A stretch of 64,000 nt of DNA, taken from positions 2,144,001-2,208,000 of the forward strand of contig OZ246001.1 in assembly GCA_965230295.1 (NCBI GenBank), given 5' to 3'. This document shows, one piece after another, positions 19,722 to 28,382 of this stretch. The DNA comes from Marinicella sp. (lineage in GTDB: Bacteria; Pseudomonadota; Gammaproteobacteria; Xanthomonadales; Marinicellaceae). The translations under genes and the position numbers were made by a program. Position 1 is the first letter of the stretch, and the number at the start of each line of letters is the position of its first letter. The notes beneath the pieces were generated by a model that was not told where the DNA came from, ran no database searches, and saw nothing but the letters and a program-made list of their open reading frames with translations.

Positions 19722-20519
19722 GCGCTGTCCAACACGCATTTGTATGGGGGTTGAGGGGCTGTTGTTGGTCATGCCATTGATGCCAAACACGGCTTTATTT
19801 TGGTGAGAAAACCGATTCTTCAAAGTTTTCAAGACTTCGGAGCCTGTCATTTCACCGGTGTCTTGGTTGACCCCGGTCATGACACATCGTGCACAAGGTT
19901 TAACCAATTGTATAATTTGACCACTTGAGTTTATCAATTGTTGCCATTGCAGTTCATTCCAGGCCGGTTGGGTGGAACAGACCACAATGTTGGGACGAAA
20001 TCGCTCCATGCCTATGGGTGCAGAGAGGACTTCATTCAACTGCTCCAGTGATGCTTCATGTGTCACTAAAATCGGGTAGCCATCGGCGAATGCCACTGCT
20101 TGTCCTTGTTGGGCAAAGTCAGGATCAATTTGTCTAAAGCTTTGTTGGCCATAATGGACCAGATGAACCGGAATTCCTAAGTAATCTGTGAACCATCGGT
20201 CAACTTCTTGGCTGAATGTATCAGCCATTAAGCTGTCTTGCCAAACTTTGACTTCGGTGGTGCCATGGTTGCCTTGTAAATCGATTGTTAATGAACGCAT
20301 CCCCGGGGCATTCAGGATCAAGTTTTCTGTGGTGAGTCGGGGCTGGACCAATGCCAATGTAGGGTGCTTTCTTTGACTTAAAAACAAACCGTCAGAGTCT
20401 ACCAACATCCATTGACGGTCTCCCACTAAGCCCAAAGCATCAATGACAACAGATTCATGGCTGATGCCAGCACATGATTTGATTGGATAGCTGATGAGTT
20501 GGGTGATTTTAACTGACAT
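19707..20519 (-). CDS. MOSC domain protein (YcbX/mARC-like)
   Basis: [39 protein letters not shown]. Start is ATG 20519 (MSVKITQL), overlapping the queC end. Confidence 0.9.
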   Translation of the reverse strand: MSVKITQLISYPIKSCAGISHESVVIDALGLVGDRQWMLVDSDGLFLSQRKHPTLALVQPRLTTENLILNAPGMRSLTIDLQGNHGTTEVKVWQDSLMADTFSQEVDRWFTDYLGIPVHLVHYGQQSFRQIDPDFAQQGQAVAFADGYPILVTHEASLEQLNEVLSAPIGMERFRPNIVVCSTQPAWNELQWQQLINSSGQIIQLVKPCARCVMTGVNQDTGEMTGSEVLKTLKNRFSHQNKAVFGINGMTNNSPSTPIQMRVGQRLEVK

Positions 20520-21204
20520 ATCTTGTTGGGTCCGGTAGGTTGGCTTCAGCGAATCCTTTTTTGCGGTAATGGCAGGAGTCACAAACGCCACAGGCAGCGC
20601 CACTGGCATCGGCGTTGTAACAACTGACAGTTTGGCTGTAATCAAAACCCAGTGAGTCGCCGAGTAGGATGATTTGTGCCTTGTCCAAATCTATCAACGG
20701 TGTGATGATGTGAAGCTGTTGACCTTCTACACCCGCTTTGGTGGCCAGGTTGGCCATGGTTTCGAAGGCACTGATGTATTCTGCCCGGCAGTCTGGATAG
20801 CCTGAATAATCAACAGCAGTCACTCCAATAAAGATGGCTTGGGCACCGACCACTTCCGCATAAGCAAGGGCGGTGGAAAGAAAAATGGTGTTGCGGGCTG
20901 GGACATAAGTGACTGGGATGACATCATCTGTCGAACCATATTCTGGAACTTCAATCTCTGCATCAGTCAGGGCAGAACCACCCATAGAATCCAAGTTGAT
21001 TTGGACCACTTTGTGTGGGTTCTTGGTCATGGACTGGGCTATGTTTGCTGAAGCATTCAATTCTGCCAAATGTCGCTGACCATAGTCAATCGACAGGGTA
21101 TAACAGTCATAGCCCTGGTCTTTGGCCACAGCCAAACAGGTGGAAGAATCCAAACCGCCAGACAGCAAGACCACACATTTATTTTTGTTTGATGATTTTG
21201 TCAT
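20509..21204 (-). CDS. queC: 7-cyano-7-deazaguanine synthase
   Basis: [40 protein letters not shown]...CGVCDSC. Confidence 0.96.
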   Translation of the reverse strand: MTKSSNKNKCVVLLSGGLDSSTCLAVAKDQGYDCYTLSIDYGQRHLAELNASANIAQSMTKNPHKVVQINLDSMGGSALTDAEIEVPEYGSTDDVIPVTYVPARNTIFLSTALAYAEVVGAQAIFIGVTAVDYSGYPDCRAEYISAFETMANLATKAGVEGQQLHIITPLIDLDKAQIILLGDSLGFDYSQTVSCYNADASGAACGVCDSCHYRKKGFAEANLPDPTRYVS

Positions 21205-21215
21205 AGTCTTAATAA

Positions 21216-21872
21216 TCAGGTTCCGGGTTGATCGCCCCACAAGTGTTTGTGCAACTGAATTTGAAAACGTACAGGTAAATGGTCCTTTAATATCCATTCA
21301 GCCAAAATTTTTGGATTCAGCACATCGGCAACAGGAGAAAATAAAACCTGGCAATGCGATGACAAGTTATGTTCAGCCAAGATGCCTTTACTCCACTGAT
21401 AATCATGTTCATCCGCAATCACAAATTTGACTTGGTCATTGGGGGTTAACAAAGGCAGGTTTTCATAACGGTTTTTGTTAACTTCACCGGAACCTGGTGC
21501 TTTCAAATCGACCACTTTCATGACCGCTGGATTGACGTCATCAATGGGCAATGAGCCTGCGGTTTCCAGACTCACCCTGAAACCTTCTTCAACCAATAAA
21601 TCCAACAAACCCAAAACGCGTTTTTGTGCCAGTGGCTCGCCACCGGTGACACAAACATAGGGTGTTTTGTGTTGTTTGATGGCCAACAGGATGTCATCGA
21701 AATGCATCCATTGTCCGCCATGAAAAGCATACTCGGTATCACACCAGGTACAACGCAGAGGACAGCCGGTCAGGCGGACAAATACTGTGGGCAGGCCAGA
21801 CAAGCTGCTTTCACCTTGTAATGAGTGAAAGATTTCATAAATTTTAAGTTGCTTGTCACGTGATTCGTTCAA
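21216..21872 (-). CDS. queE: 7-carboxy-7-deazaguanine synthase (radical SAM)
   Basis: [36 protein letters not shown]. Confidence 0.96.
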   Translation of the reverse strand: MNESRDKQLKIYEIFHSLQGESSLSGLPTVFVRLTGCPLRCTWCDTEYAFHGGQWMHFDDILLAIKQHKTPYVCVTGGEPLAQKRVLGLLDLLVEEGFRVSLETAGSLPIDDVNPAVMKVVDLKAPGSGEVNKNRYENLPLLTPNDQVKFVIADEHDYQWSKGILAEHNLSSHCQVLFSPVADVLNPKILAEWILKDHLPVRFQIQLHKHLWGDQPGT

Positions 21873-22729
21873 TTAATTTTACCTTCCCGCTTGAGTAAGT
21901 TCAGCCGGTTTTGTGCCAGCCTGGATACTGATTCATTGGGGAACGAGTCGACCACCTTATTCAGCGCTTGTTCGGCCTGTTGGTAGTCTTCCAATTCATG
22001 GTAAGTGTAACCAATCTTCAGCAAGGCGTCTGATAATTTACTGCTCAGGGGGAATTGTTGTTCCAGTGACTGGAATGCTGACAGTGCCAAAGGGTAATTG
22101 CGAGTCACATAGTATGATTCGCCCAACCAATAATATGAATTGTCAGTCAGTTCATGGTTGGGATGTTGTTGAATGAAGTCTTCAAACAGCCTGGCAGATT
22201 CATTGAATCGACCGGCTTTCAATTGCGTAAAAGCGGATTGATACATTTGCTCAATGGCTGGATCTGTGGTGGTTGATTGTGCATTGATGTTTCCTTGGTT
22301 TAAGGTATTGGTAGACAATTGCGCATCCACTGACTCCCGAACAACCGGTGCAGCCAGGGTTACACTTTGGGTTTGAGCACCCGTATCCTGAATGGCACTG
22401 TCTACAACCAATTCATTTTTTGGGGTATTGGATTGTGACAAGGAATTGGTTTCTAGTTGAGCCAGGCGGCTGTCCATATCTACATAGAGTACTTTCTGAC
22501 GTTCTTTCAATTCATTGATTTGAAAGTTTTGTTCTTCTATGGTGCCCTGTAGTTGAGCGATTTGTGTTTGCAACTGCTGAATTTGGATGACCAAATCAGC
22601 CACGTTGGTGTTGTTTTGTAGACCGGCTTGTTGTTCCAGTTTCTGGATGCGGTCTTGAATGGACATCTTCTGTGCCGTGGCCAGTTGACCGAACAACAGG
22701 ATAAAACAAGTGATGATGACGTGTTTCAT
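21869..22729 (-). CDS. cpoB: cell-division coordinator CpoB (YbgF)
   Basis: Signal peptide, N-terminal coiled coil, C-terminal TPRs (YWLGESYY, ALLKIGY). Downstream of pal. Confidence 0.92.
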   Translation of the reverse strand: MKHVIITCFILLFGQLATAQKMSIQDRIQKLEQQAGLQNNTNVADLVIQIQQLQTQIAQLQGTIEEQNFQINELKERQKVLYVDMDSRLAQLETNSLSQSNTPKNELVVDSAIQDTGAQTQSVTLAAPVVRESVDAQLSTNTLNQGNINAQSTTTDPAIEQMYQSAFTQLKAGRFNESARLFEDFIQQHPNHELTDNSYYWLGESYYVTRNYPLALSAFQSLEQQFPLSSKLSDALLKIGYTYHELEDYQQAEQALNKVVDSFPNESVSRLAQNRLNLLKREGKIN

Positions 22730-22759
22730 AAGCAACCTCGTATTTTAAAATTTAACATG

Positions 22760-22787
22760 AAAAAAACCCGACATAAGCCGGGTTTTT
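22760..22787 (-). terminator. terminator/attenuator between pal and cpoB
   Basis: aaaaaacccg-acataagc-cgggttttt. Confidence 0.7.
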
Positions 22788-22809
22788 GACCATCTTGCAG
22801 GGCTAAAGT

Positions 22810-23340
22810 TTATTCTGCAGTATAAACAATGACACCACGACGGTTTTTAGACCAACATGAATCATTGCTACAGGTGGCCTCTGGTCTTTCTTCACCATAA
22901 CTCACCACGGTGACTTGTCCGGCAGTGGCACCTTGGGCGCGCAGTAAGTTGGCTACTGCATAACCCCTTTTCTCACCCAGAGCCAAGTTGTACTCTCTGG
23001 AACCGCGTTCATCAGCATGGCCTTCAACGGTCATGCGTGCTGACGGGTTGGCTGCCAGGTATTGTGCGTGCAAGCCCAACATTTCACGAAATTCTGATCG
23101 GATGGTGGCCATGTCATAATCAAAGTAAACCACGCGTTTTGATAACAAGCTGTTTGGGTTGGTTAAATCAGCCGGGTTACAGCAGATCAGGCCATCAGTT
23201 CGAACCGGAGTGGTTTCAACCACAGTGGTGTCTGTATTGGTGTCGGTGTTGTCTACTTCTGGTTTGACTTCGTCTTTTTTACAGGCGGTCATCGCCAGTG
23301 CGAAAATTAATACGGTTGTTAATTTTGTTATTTTGTTCAT
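22810..23340 (-). CDS. pal: peptidoglycan-associated lipoprotein Pal
   Basis: Lipobox MTAC, VYFDYD, VEGHADERGSREYNLALGE.R, VSYGEERP, KNRR. Confidence 0.97.
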   Translation of the reverse strand: MNKITKLTTVLIFALAMTACKKDEVKPEVDNTDTNTDTTVVETTPVRTDGLICCNPADLTNPNSLLSKRVVYFDYDMATIRSEFREMLGLHAQYLAANPSARMTVEGHADERGSREYNLALGEKRGYAVANLLRAQGATAGQVTVVSYGEERPEATCSNDSCWSKNRRGVIVYTAE

Positions 23341-23564
23341 AGTTACTCCAAGGCTTTTTTATGAAATATCATTCAACGATGTAGTTTACATCAAATACCT
23401 GATAATTGAATGAACTTTTTGTCGAATTATCGCTGCTACAGGTATTAAAGCCCATGAATGCATTCAATACTGTGATTGAGTCGCAGTTTTATCACGATTT
23501 ACCCGGCAAAACCCCACCTATATGGCTTTTTGTCACCATTGATGGGGTAGATTCTGGGTAAATA

Positions 23565-24196
23565 AGGAATGTTCTTGGGGCTCCATTCTGGTTCATGGTC
23601 TGACAGGTCTTCATATTTGCTGCGCAAATAAACCGACCTTTACAGACTATTGTTTGAGCAGTTGCTTCGCACTGCATGTCTGTTCCAGACAAAAGTGAAA
23701 ACGACTGCTTACATGGATGTAAGTATGCAGCGATAGCAGGCAGGAATTGTTCCCAACAATTCTCTGCATTCACCCCGTCCTGGGGATCGATGCGGTAGCT
23801 GCCGAGGCGAACATGACTTGCTACCTCGCACGCACTACGGCATTCAAATCGGGCTTCTTTATCTTCGATAAAACCGCCCAACTTTCATTGCCTGTGCTAT
23901 AACGCCATTCACATAAGGTTTCTTGACTTCGTCAAATCACCATATGTTCATTGGCTATTCTCTTCGCCTCTGATTGGCTTACATGGAAGTAAGTCCTCTG
24001 AGGAGGCAGGATGCCGGTATCAGAGGTGACTACATGGATGTAGGTCTGCCGCGATAGCAAGGAGCGATAGCGGCCGCAACATCAATAGCTCACGGCTTAT
24101 CGCTCATTGCATAAAGGTTCCTTTGCTTCGCAAAACCACCTTTATTCCACTCACTGCCTAACCGGCTTGGCGGGTCAAGCTGCTCAGCAGCTTTCC
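23565..24196. repeat. composite modular repeat, copy A (scaffold with 7 first-level cassettes plus one nested insert)
   Basis: Six scaffold segments match 34884-35151 and 56170-56384 (AGGAATGTTCTTGGG...TGTTCCAGACAAAAGTGAAAACGAC...GCGAACATGACTTGCTACCTCGC...CTCTTCGCCTCTGATT...GCTCAC...AACCGGCTYGGCGGGTCAAGCTGCTCAGCAGCTTT) and are separated by hairpin inserts. Confidence 0.9.
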
Positions 24197-24260
24197 GATC
24201 TATCACCGTTGGCGATTCATCAACCTGTTTTGAGTTGTCCCTGGATGAATCATTAGGGCT

Positions 24261-24851
24261 TCAGTATTTCTTTTTGGCTTGGGCTAGCCATGCTTGGTTG
24301 AGTCTCTTTTTGTCAGCTTCATCAAAGATAACCAGCTTGACAGGTTTTTCCCCTTGTTTGATTTTTTCCCATGTTTTGTTGGCTTTTTGTAGCCTCTTGC
24401 TGGCTTTCTTTGGGTCTTTGTCCGTTTTACTGTGCCAGTTGTTTAAACCATTCACAGGCTGGCCTTTGAATGAGCCATCCCAGAATAACAACAGTTGTCC
24501 ATCGATGATTTTATAGGATTGAGGGTTGGCTGGGGTTAATTGTCCACTGCCAGAGAGCATCAGTGAACACCAGCCACCATGAGCCGGCAAGTAGTCTTGC
24601 GGGTTGGCTTTGAACAGATCCAGTTGTTCCTGATTGGTCAGGTGGTAGGTGATGCCGTTCACTTGATGGGTAAATTCAGCCTTACCTAACTCTGCTTTGT
24701 TGTCGGTGAAATAGGAAACCGGACTGTAACCATCTATACCCAAACCATTTGAATCAATCCTGATAAATGACGCTGTATCGGTGTCAGCCTGGATGTTCGC
24801 CGTTGTAAAAATGACCATCAACATCAAGAGTTTTAATCGAATTGTGTGCAT
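24261..24851 (-). CDS. exported YHS-domain protein (Cys form)
   Basis: Signal peptide, GIDGYSPVSYF, F.ANP.DYLP.HGGWC, YKIIDGQL.LF. RBS GAGG before ATG 24851. Confidence 0.85.
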   Translation of the reverse strand: MHTIRLKLLMLMVIFTTANIQADTDTASFIRIDSNGLGIDGYSPVSYFTDNKAELGKAEFTHQVNGITYHLTNQEQLDLFKANPQDYLPAHGGWCSLMLSGSGQLTPANPQSYKIIDGQLLLFWDGSFKGQPVNGLNNWHSKTDKDPKKASKRLQKANKTWEKIKQGEKPVKLVIFDEADKKRLNQAWLAQAKKKY

Positions 24852-24891
24852 AAAGACCTCGTTGTAAATCATTTATTGAGCGACAATGAAA

Positions 24892-24941
24892 GGGTGAATT
24901 TCAACCCAGTGGGATGAAATTGGCTCTATCAGGGCTGAAAT
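24892..24941 (-). promoter_or_regulatory. LytTR-type direct repeats upstream of the YHS gene
   Basis: gggtgaatt (24892), gggatgaaat (24911) and gggctgaaat (24932), at 20-21 bp period, adjacent to a LytTR gene. Confidence 0.55.
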
Positions 24942-24956
24942 CATTGCAGAATGATT

Positions 24957-25772
24957 TCAGCCCTCATTCTGAGTCAATGAAGAAGTTTGGTCTGTTTTGG
25001 TCAGCTGGCTTTGATTCCATGCTGTCATCAATGTTTGTTTCTTGTTTTGGCTGATGGGCAGTGAGGTGCCATCTTGCATGATCACCCTTTGTGCTTCAAC
25101 TTGATCTATGTGGCTTAAGTTAATCAGGGTCGAACGGTGGATTTGGGTATGATGTGCCCCCAACAGCTCTTTGAAAGCTTTTAAGGTGCTTCTGGTTTTG
25201 TATGCTTTGTTTTTATACCAAAAATTGATGTAATTACCGCTAGATTTTAACCACATGATTTTCCGTACATCACAATTCAAATGACCCAAAGATGTCTTGA
25301 TCACCTGGGTGTCTTGATCTGCTGCATTTTGTATGGGTAGCTTCCAAGCCCAATATGCCAGACTGGCAAAATACAAGACCACCTCAACCACAATCCAACG
25401 GTAAAACAGTTCAAAATAAACCAAATAAAAAATGGCATTTTTTACTTTTTCAGGGGTGATAACCCACAGTAATACACATACAAAAAGCAAATGCACGGCA
25501 CCCAATGACAGTGCCTCCAATGAATGGATGGGCCAGCTGAAACGCATTTCCGGGTTACGCAGCCGTCGATATCCCTGCCACATACAGATGGCCAACCAAC
25601 TGTAATAGGCCACCAAAACATAAGTCAACTCTCGAAAAAAAATGTGGTTGCTGAAGCCTTGAAAATGCCAGGTTCGGAGTAAATCAATGATGATAAAGAA
25701 ACTTAAAAACAACCAAGGGATGAAGAATAAATTTTTATTGTTCCTAAGATATGAGAAAAAACCTGTGGTCAT
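24957..25772 (-). CDS. membrane-anchored LytTR-family DNA-binding protein
   Basis: About 4 N-terminal TM segments. C-terminal I.WLKSSGNYI...RSTLK...QIHRSTLINL...DGT.LPIS. No receiver domain. Confidence 0.88.
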   Translation of the reverse strand: MTTGFFSYLRNNKNLFFIPWLFLSFFIIIDLLRTWHFQGFSNHIFFRELTYVLVAYYSWLAICMWQGYRRLRNPEMRFSWPIHSLEALSLGAVHLLFVCVLLWVITPEKVKNAIFYLVYFELFYRWIVVEVVLYFASLAYWAWKLPIQNAADQDTQVIKTSLGHLNCDVRKIMWLKSSGNYINFWYKNKAYKTRSTLKAFKELLGAHHTQIHRSTLINLSHIDQVEAQRVIMQDGTSLPISQNKKQTLMTAWNQSQLTKTDQTSSLTQNEG

Positions 25773-25776
25773 TGGA

Positions 25777-26331
25777 TCATGACTTTACACGGATTGGACC
25801 TTGTTTTTCGGGGATTTTGCCTTTGATGTTTTCAAAAAATGCACGGATGATTTTCATGTCTTCATGGATGTCACCTGAAGGCATAAAGGCATTGCCCAGT
25901 TTTACAATTTTGTTGCCGAAATCCAAAGTCCCCATGGCGATTGGAACCCCTGCTTTATGGGCGATGTGGTAAAACCCTGATTTCCAGTATTCCAGATAAG
26001 AACGTGTGCCTTCTGGTGACATGGCCAGGATCAATTTGTCTCTGCTGTTGAAATGCTTGACCATTTGATCAACCATGTTGAGTTTTTTCTTGCGGTAAAC
26101 CGGTATGCCTCCCAAGGCTCGAAAAAACCAACCAAAAGGTGAATCAAAGAGTGCCCCTTTACCCAAATAATTGAGTTTCAGGTTTTGTGAAAACTTGGCC
26201 ATCAAACCCAGCGGAAAGTCCCAATTGCTGGTATGAGGAGCAGCAATCAATACATACTTTTTCTCATCGGGTAAGTCATTGATGACTTTCCAGCCTAGAA
26301 TTTTCAGGATAAATTTTGCTACCCAAGTCAT
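25777..26331 (-). CDS. lysophospholipid/1-acyl-G3P acyltransferase family protein
   Basis: APHTSNWD (HxxxxD), LGGIPV.R, PEGTR, SGFY.IA. Confidence 0.9.
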   Translation of the reverse strand: MTWVAKFILKILGWKVINDLPDEKKYVLIAAPHTSNWDFPLGLMAKFSQNLKLNYLGKGALFDSPFGWFFRALGGIPVYRKKKLNMVDQMVKHFNSRDKLILAMSPEGTRSYLEYWKSGFYHIAHKAGVPIAMGTLDFGNKIVKLGNAFMPSGDIHEDMKIIRAFFENIKGKIPEKQGPIRVKS

Positions 26332-26333
26332 GC

Positions 26334-28382
26334 TTATTCCTCAAAAGGCTCGGTGTTAGATGCCACCATGGTCAAAATGTCATAGGCAGCCACCACTTCA
26401 TCTTCTTGGTTAGTAGCCTGTAAATCCCACCTGACTTCACCATAGCCTTTGCCTCTGCGGTAAGATTTTTGTTTACAGGTCAATTGAATGGTGATCACAT
26501 CACCGGGGTAAACCGGTTCGGTAAATCGCAGGTCATCGAGTCCATAATTGGCGAGCACGGGCCCTTCCTCAGGGTAAACAAACAAACCGGCGGCCATTGA
26601 AACGATGAAATAACCATGAGCCACACGACCATCAAAAAATGGATTTCGAGCGGCTGCATCCTCATCCATATGGGCATAAAAATGATCACCAGACAAGTCA
26701 GCAAATTGTTCGATGTCGGCCAAAGTGATTTCCCTGCTTTCGGTGGTGATGGCTTGCCCCACCATCAGTTCTTCATAATGTAACTTGAATGGGTGCTTTG
26801 GTGGTTGAGAGGTTTTTGCTTTGGGCATGTATTTCTCAGTTAGCTTCATCAAAGTGGTGGGTGAGCCCTGAATCGCTGTGCGTTGCATGTAGTGCTTGAC
26901 CCCACGTATACCGCCCATTTCTTCACCGCCACCGGCTCGACCAGGTCCGCCATGGATCAAATGTGGCAGGGGAGAACCATGGCCTGAAGATTCTTTGGCT
27001 GAATCACGGTTGATCAACACCATGCGACCATGGAAACAAGCGGTTTTATTCACCAACTCACAAACCGCATCGTCACTGTGGCCGAATATTGAACCCACCA
27101 AAGATCCCTGACCTAAATTGGCCAATCGAGCCGCTTCATCCAAAGTTTCGTATGGCATCAAAGTTGAAACCGGACCAAAGGCTTCGATGTCATGTGCTGC
27201 GTGGTTTTCTAATGGTTTGTGGTTGATCAGTAGCATGGGTGAGACAAAGGCGCCTTGTTGGTCATCACCACCAGTGACTTCCACATGTTCTGGATCACCA
27301 AACAACAAATCACAACTTTGTCTGAGTACAGCCACCCGCTCACGCACTTCTTGCTGCTGTGCCAAACTGGCCAAGGCTCCCATTTTAACGCCTTCTTGAC
27401 TGGGGTCTCCCACCACCACGCCGCGCAACTCTTGTTCAATGGCTGCTGCTACAGCACCTGTTAAAGGCTCAGGCACAATGGCGCGTCTGATGGCGGTACA
27501 TTTCTGTCCTGATTTGACCGTCATTTCTTTCACCACTTCTTTCACAAAATAATCAAACTCTGGCGTATCAGGTTTGGCATCAGGGGTCAATATGGAACAG
27601 TTCAAAGAATCAGCCTCCATGGTGAACCTAACCGCATTTTGGGTGATGTTTGGCTTGGATTTCAGGTACTGCCCCGTGCTGGCTGAACCCGTAAAAGCGA
27701 CCACGTCCTGACAGTCTAATAAATCCAATAACGGGCCAGTAGATCCACAAATTAATTGCACAGACCCTGGAGGTAATATGCCAGACTCTATCATCGCTTG
27801 AAACATCAGTTCAGTCAGGTATGCTGTATCCGATGCCGGCTTCACAATCGCCGGAACACCTGCCAATAAGGTGGGAGCCAGCTTTTCCAGCATGCCCCAA
27901 CAAGGGAAGTTAAAGGCGTTGATGTGGATGGCCACACCTTGTAAAGAGGTACAAATGTGTTGTGCCAAGAAACTGCCATTTTTTGAAATGTGTTCGGGTG
28001 CGCCGTCCAGCAGGATGTGATGATCAGGCATTTCTCTGCGGCCTTTCCCTGAATAAACAAACAAAGTGCCAATGCCGCCATCAATGTCTATCCATGAATC
28101 CAGTTTAGTGGCACCAGTGGCCGCGGACAATTGGTAAAATTCTTTTTTCCGTGACATCAAGTACAACGCCAACTCTTTGAGCATCAAGGCGCGGTCATGG
28201 AAGCTCATTTTGGCCAGGGCAGGCTGACCGACAGTTTTGGCATAATCCAGCATCCCGGCAAAATCTAATCCCGCACTGGAAATTTGTGCAATCGGTTGGC
28301 CATTGATGGCATGGTGGCAATTTTTAAATCCTTCAGAGGCGGTGTGCCATTGTCCTTTGGCGTAACTTTTAAGTTGGTTCAT
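26334..28382 (-). CDS. paaZ: bifunctional oxepin-CoA hydrolase / semialdehyde dehydrogenase PaaZ
   Basis: HINAFNFPCWGMLEKLAP, EADSLN, KSGQKCTAIRR, GHGSPLP.L.HGGPGRAGGGEE. C-terminal MaoC domain (SGDHFYAHMD, VAHGYF). Confidence 0.94.
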   Translation of the reverse strand: MNQLKSYAKGQWHTASEGFKNCHHAINGQPIAQISSAGLDFAGMLDYAKTVGQPALAKMSFHDRALMLKELALYLMSRKKEFYQLSAATGATKLDSWIDIDGGIGTLFVYSGKGRREMPDHHILLDGAPEHISKNGSFLAQHICTSLQGVAIHINAFNFPCWGMLEKLAPTLLAGVPAIVKPASDTAYLTELMFQAMIESGILPPGSVQLICGSTGPLLDLLDCQDVVAFTGSASTGQYLKSKPNITQNAVRFTMEADSLNCSILTPDAKPDTPEFDYFVKEVVKEMTVKSGQKCTAIRRAIVPEPLTGAVAAAIEQELRGVVVGDPSQEGVKMGALASLAQQQEVRERVAVLRQSCDLLFGDPEHVEVTGGDDQQGAFVSPMLLINHKPLENHAAHDIEAFGPVSTLMPYETLDEAARLANLGQGSLVGSIFGHSDDAVCELVNKTACFHGRMVLINRDSAKESSGHGSPLPHLIHGGPGRAGGGEEMGGIRGVKHYMQRTAIQGSPTTLMKLTEKYMPKAKTSQPPKHPFKLHYEELMVGQAITTESREITLADIEQFADLSGDHFYAHMDEDAAARNPFFDGRVAHGYFIVSMAAGLFVYPEEGPVLANYGLDDLRFTEPVYPGDVITIQLTCKQKSYRRGKGYGEVRWDLQATNQEDEVVAAYDILTMVASNTEPFEE

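Noticed and set aside
19707-21297. Long N-terminal extensions of the MOSC and QueC ORFs in the track
   Set aside because: They overlap the upstream genes; family homology begins at ATG 20519 and ATG 21204.
20509-21872. queC/queE as a 7-deazaguanine DNA-modification (dpd) or QatABCD defence locus
   Set aside because: They sit in the usual pal-cpoB-queE-queC housekeeping context, with no dpdA/tgt-like, TatD or ATPase partners.
23492-23881. 129-aa minus-strand ORF
   Set aside because: It lies almost wholly in repeat copy A, crosses cassette boundaries and has no protein-like features.
24570-24585. Selenocysteine in the YHS protein
   Set aside because: The GGWC position is encoded by TGT, and the ORF has no in-frame TGA.
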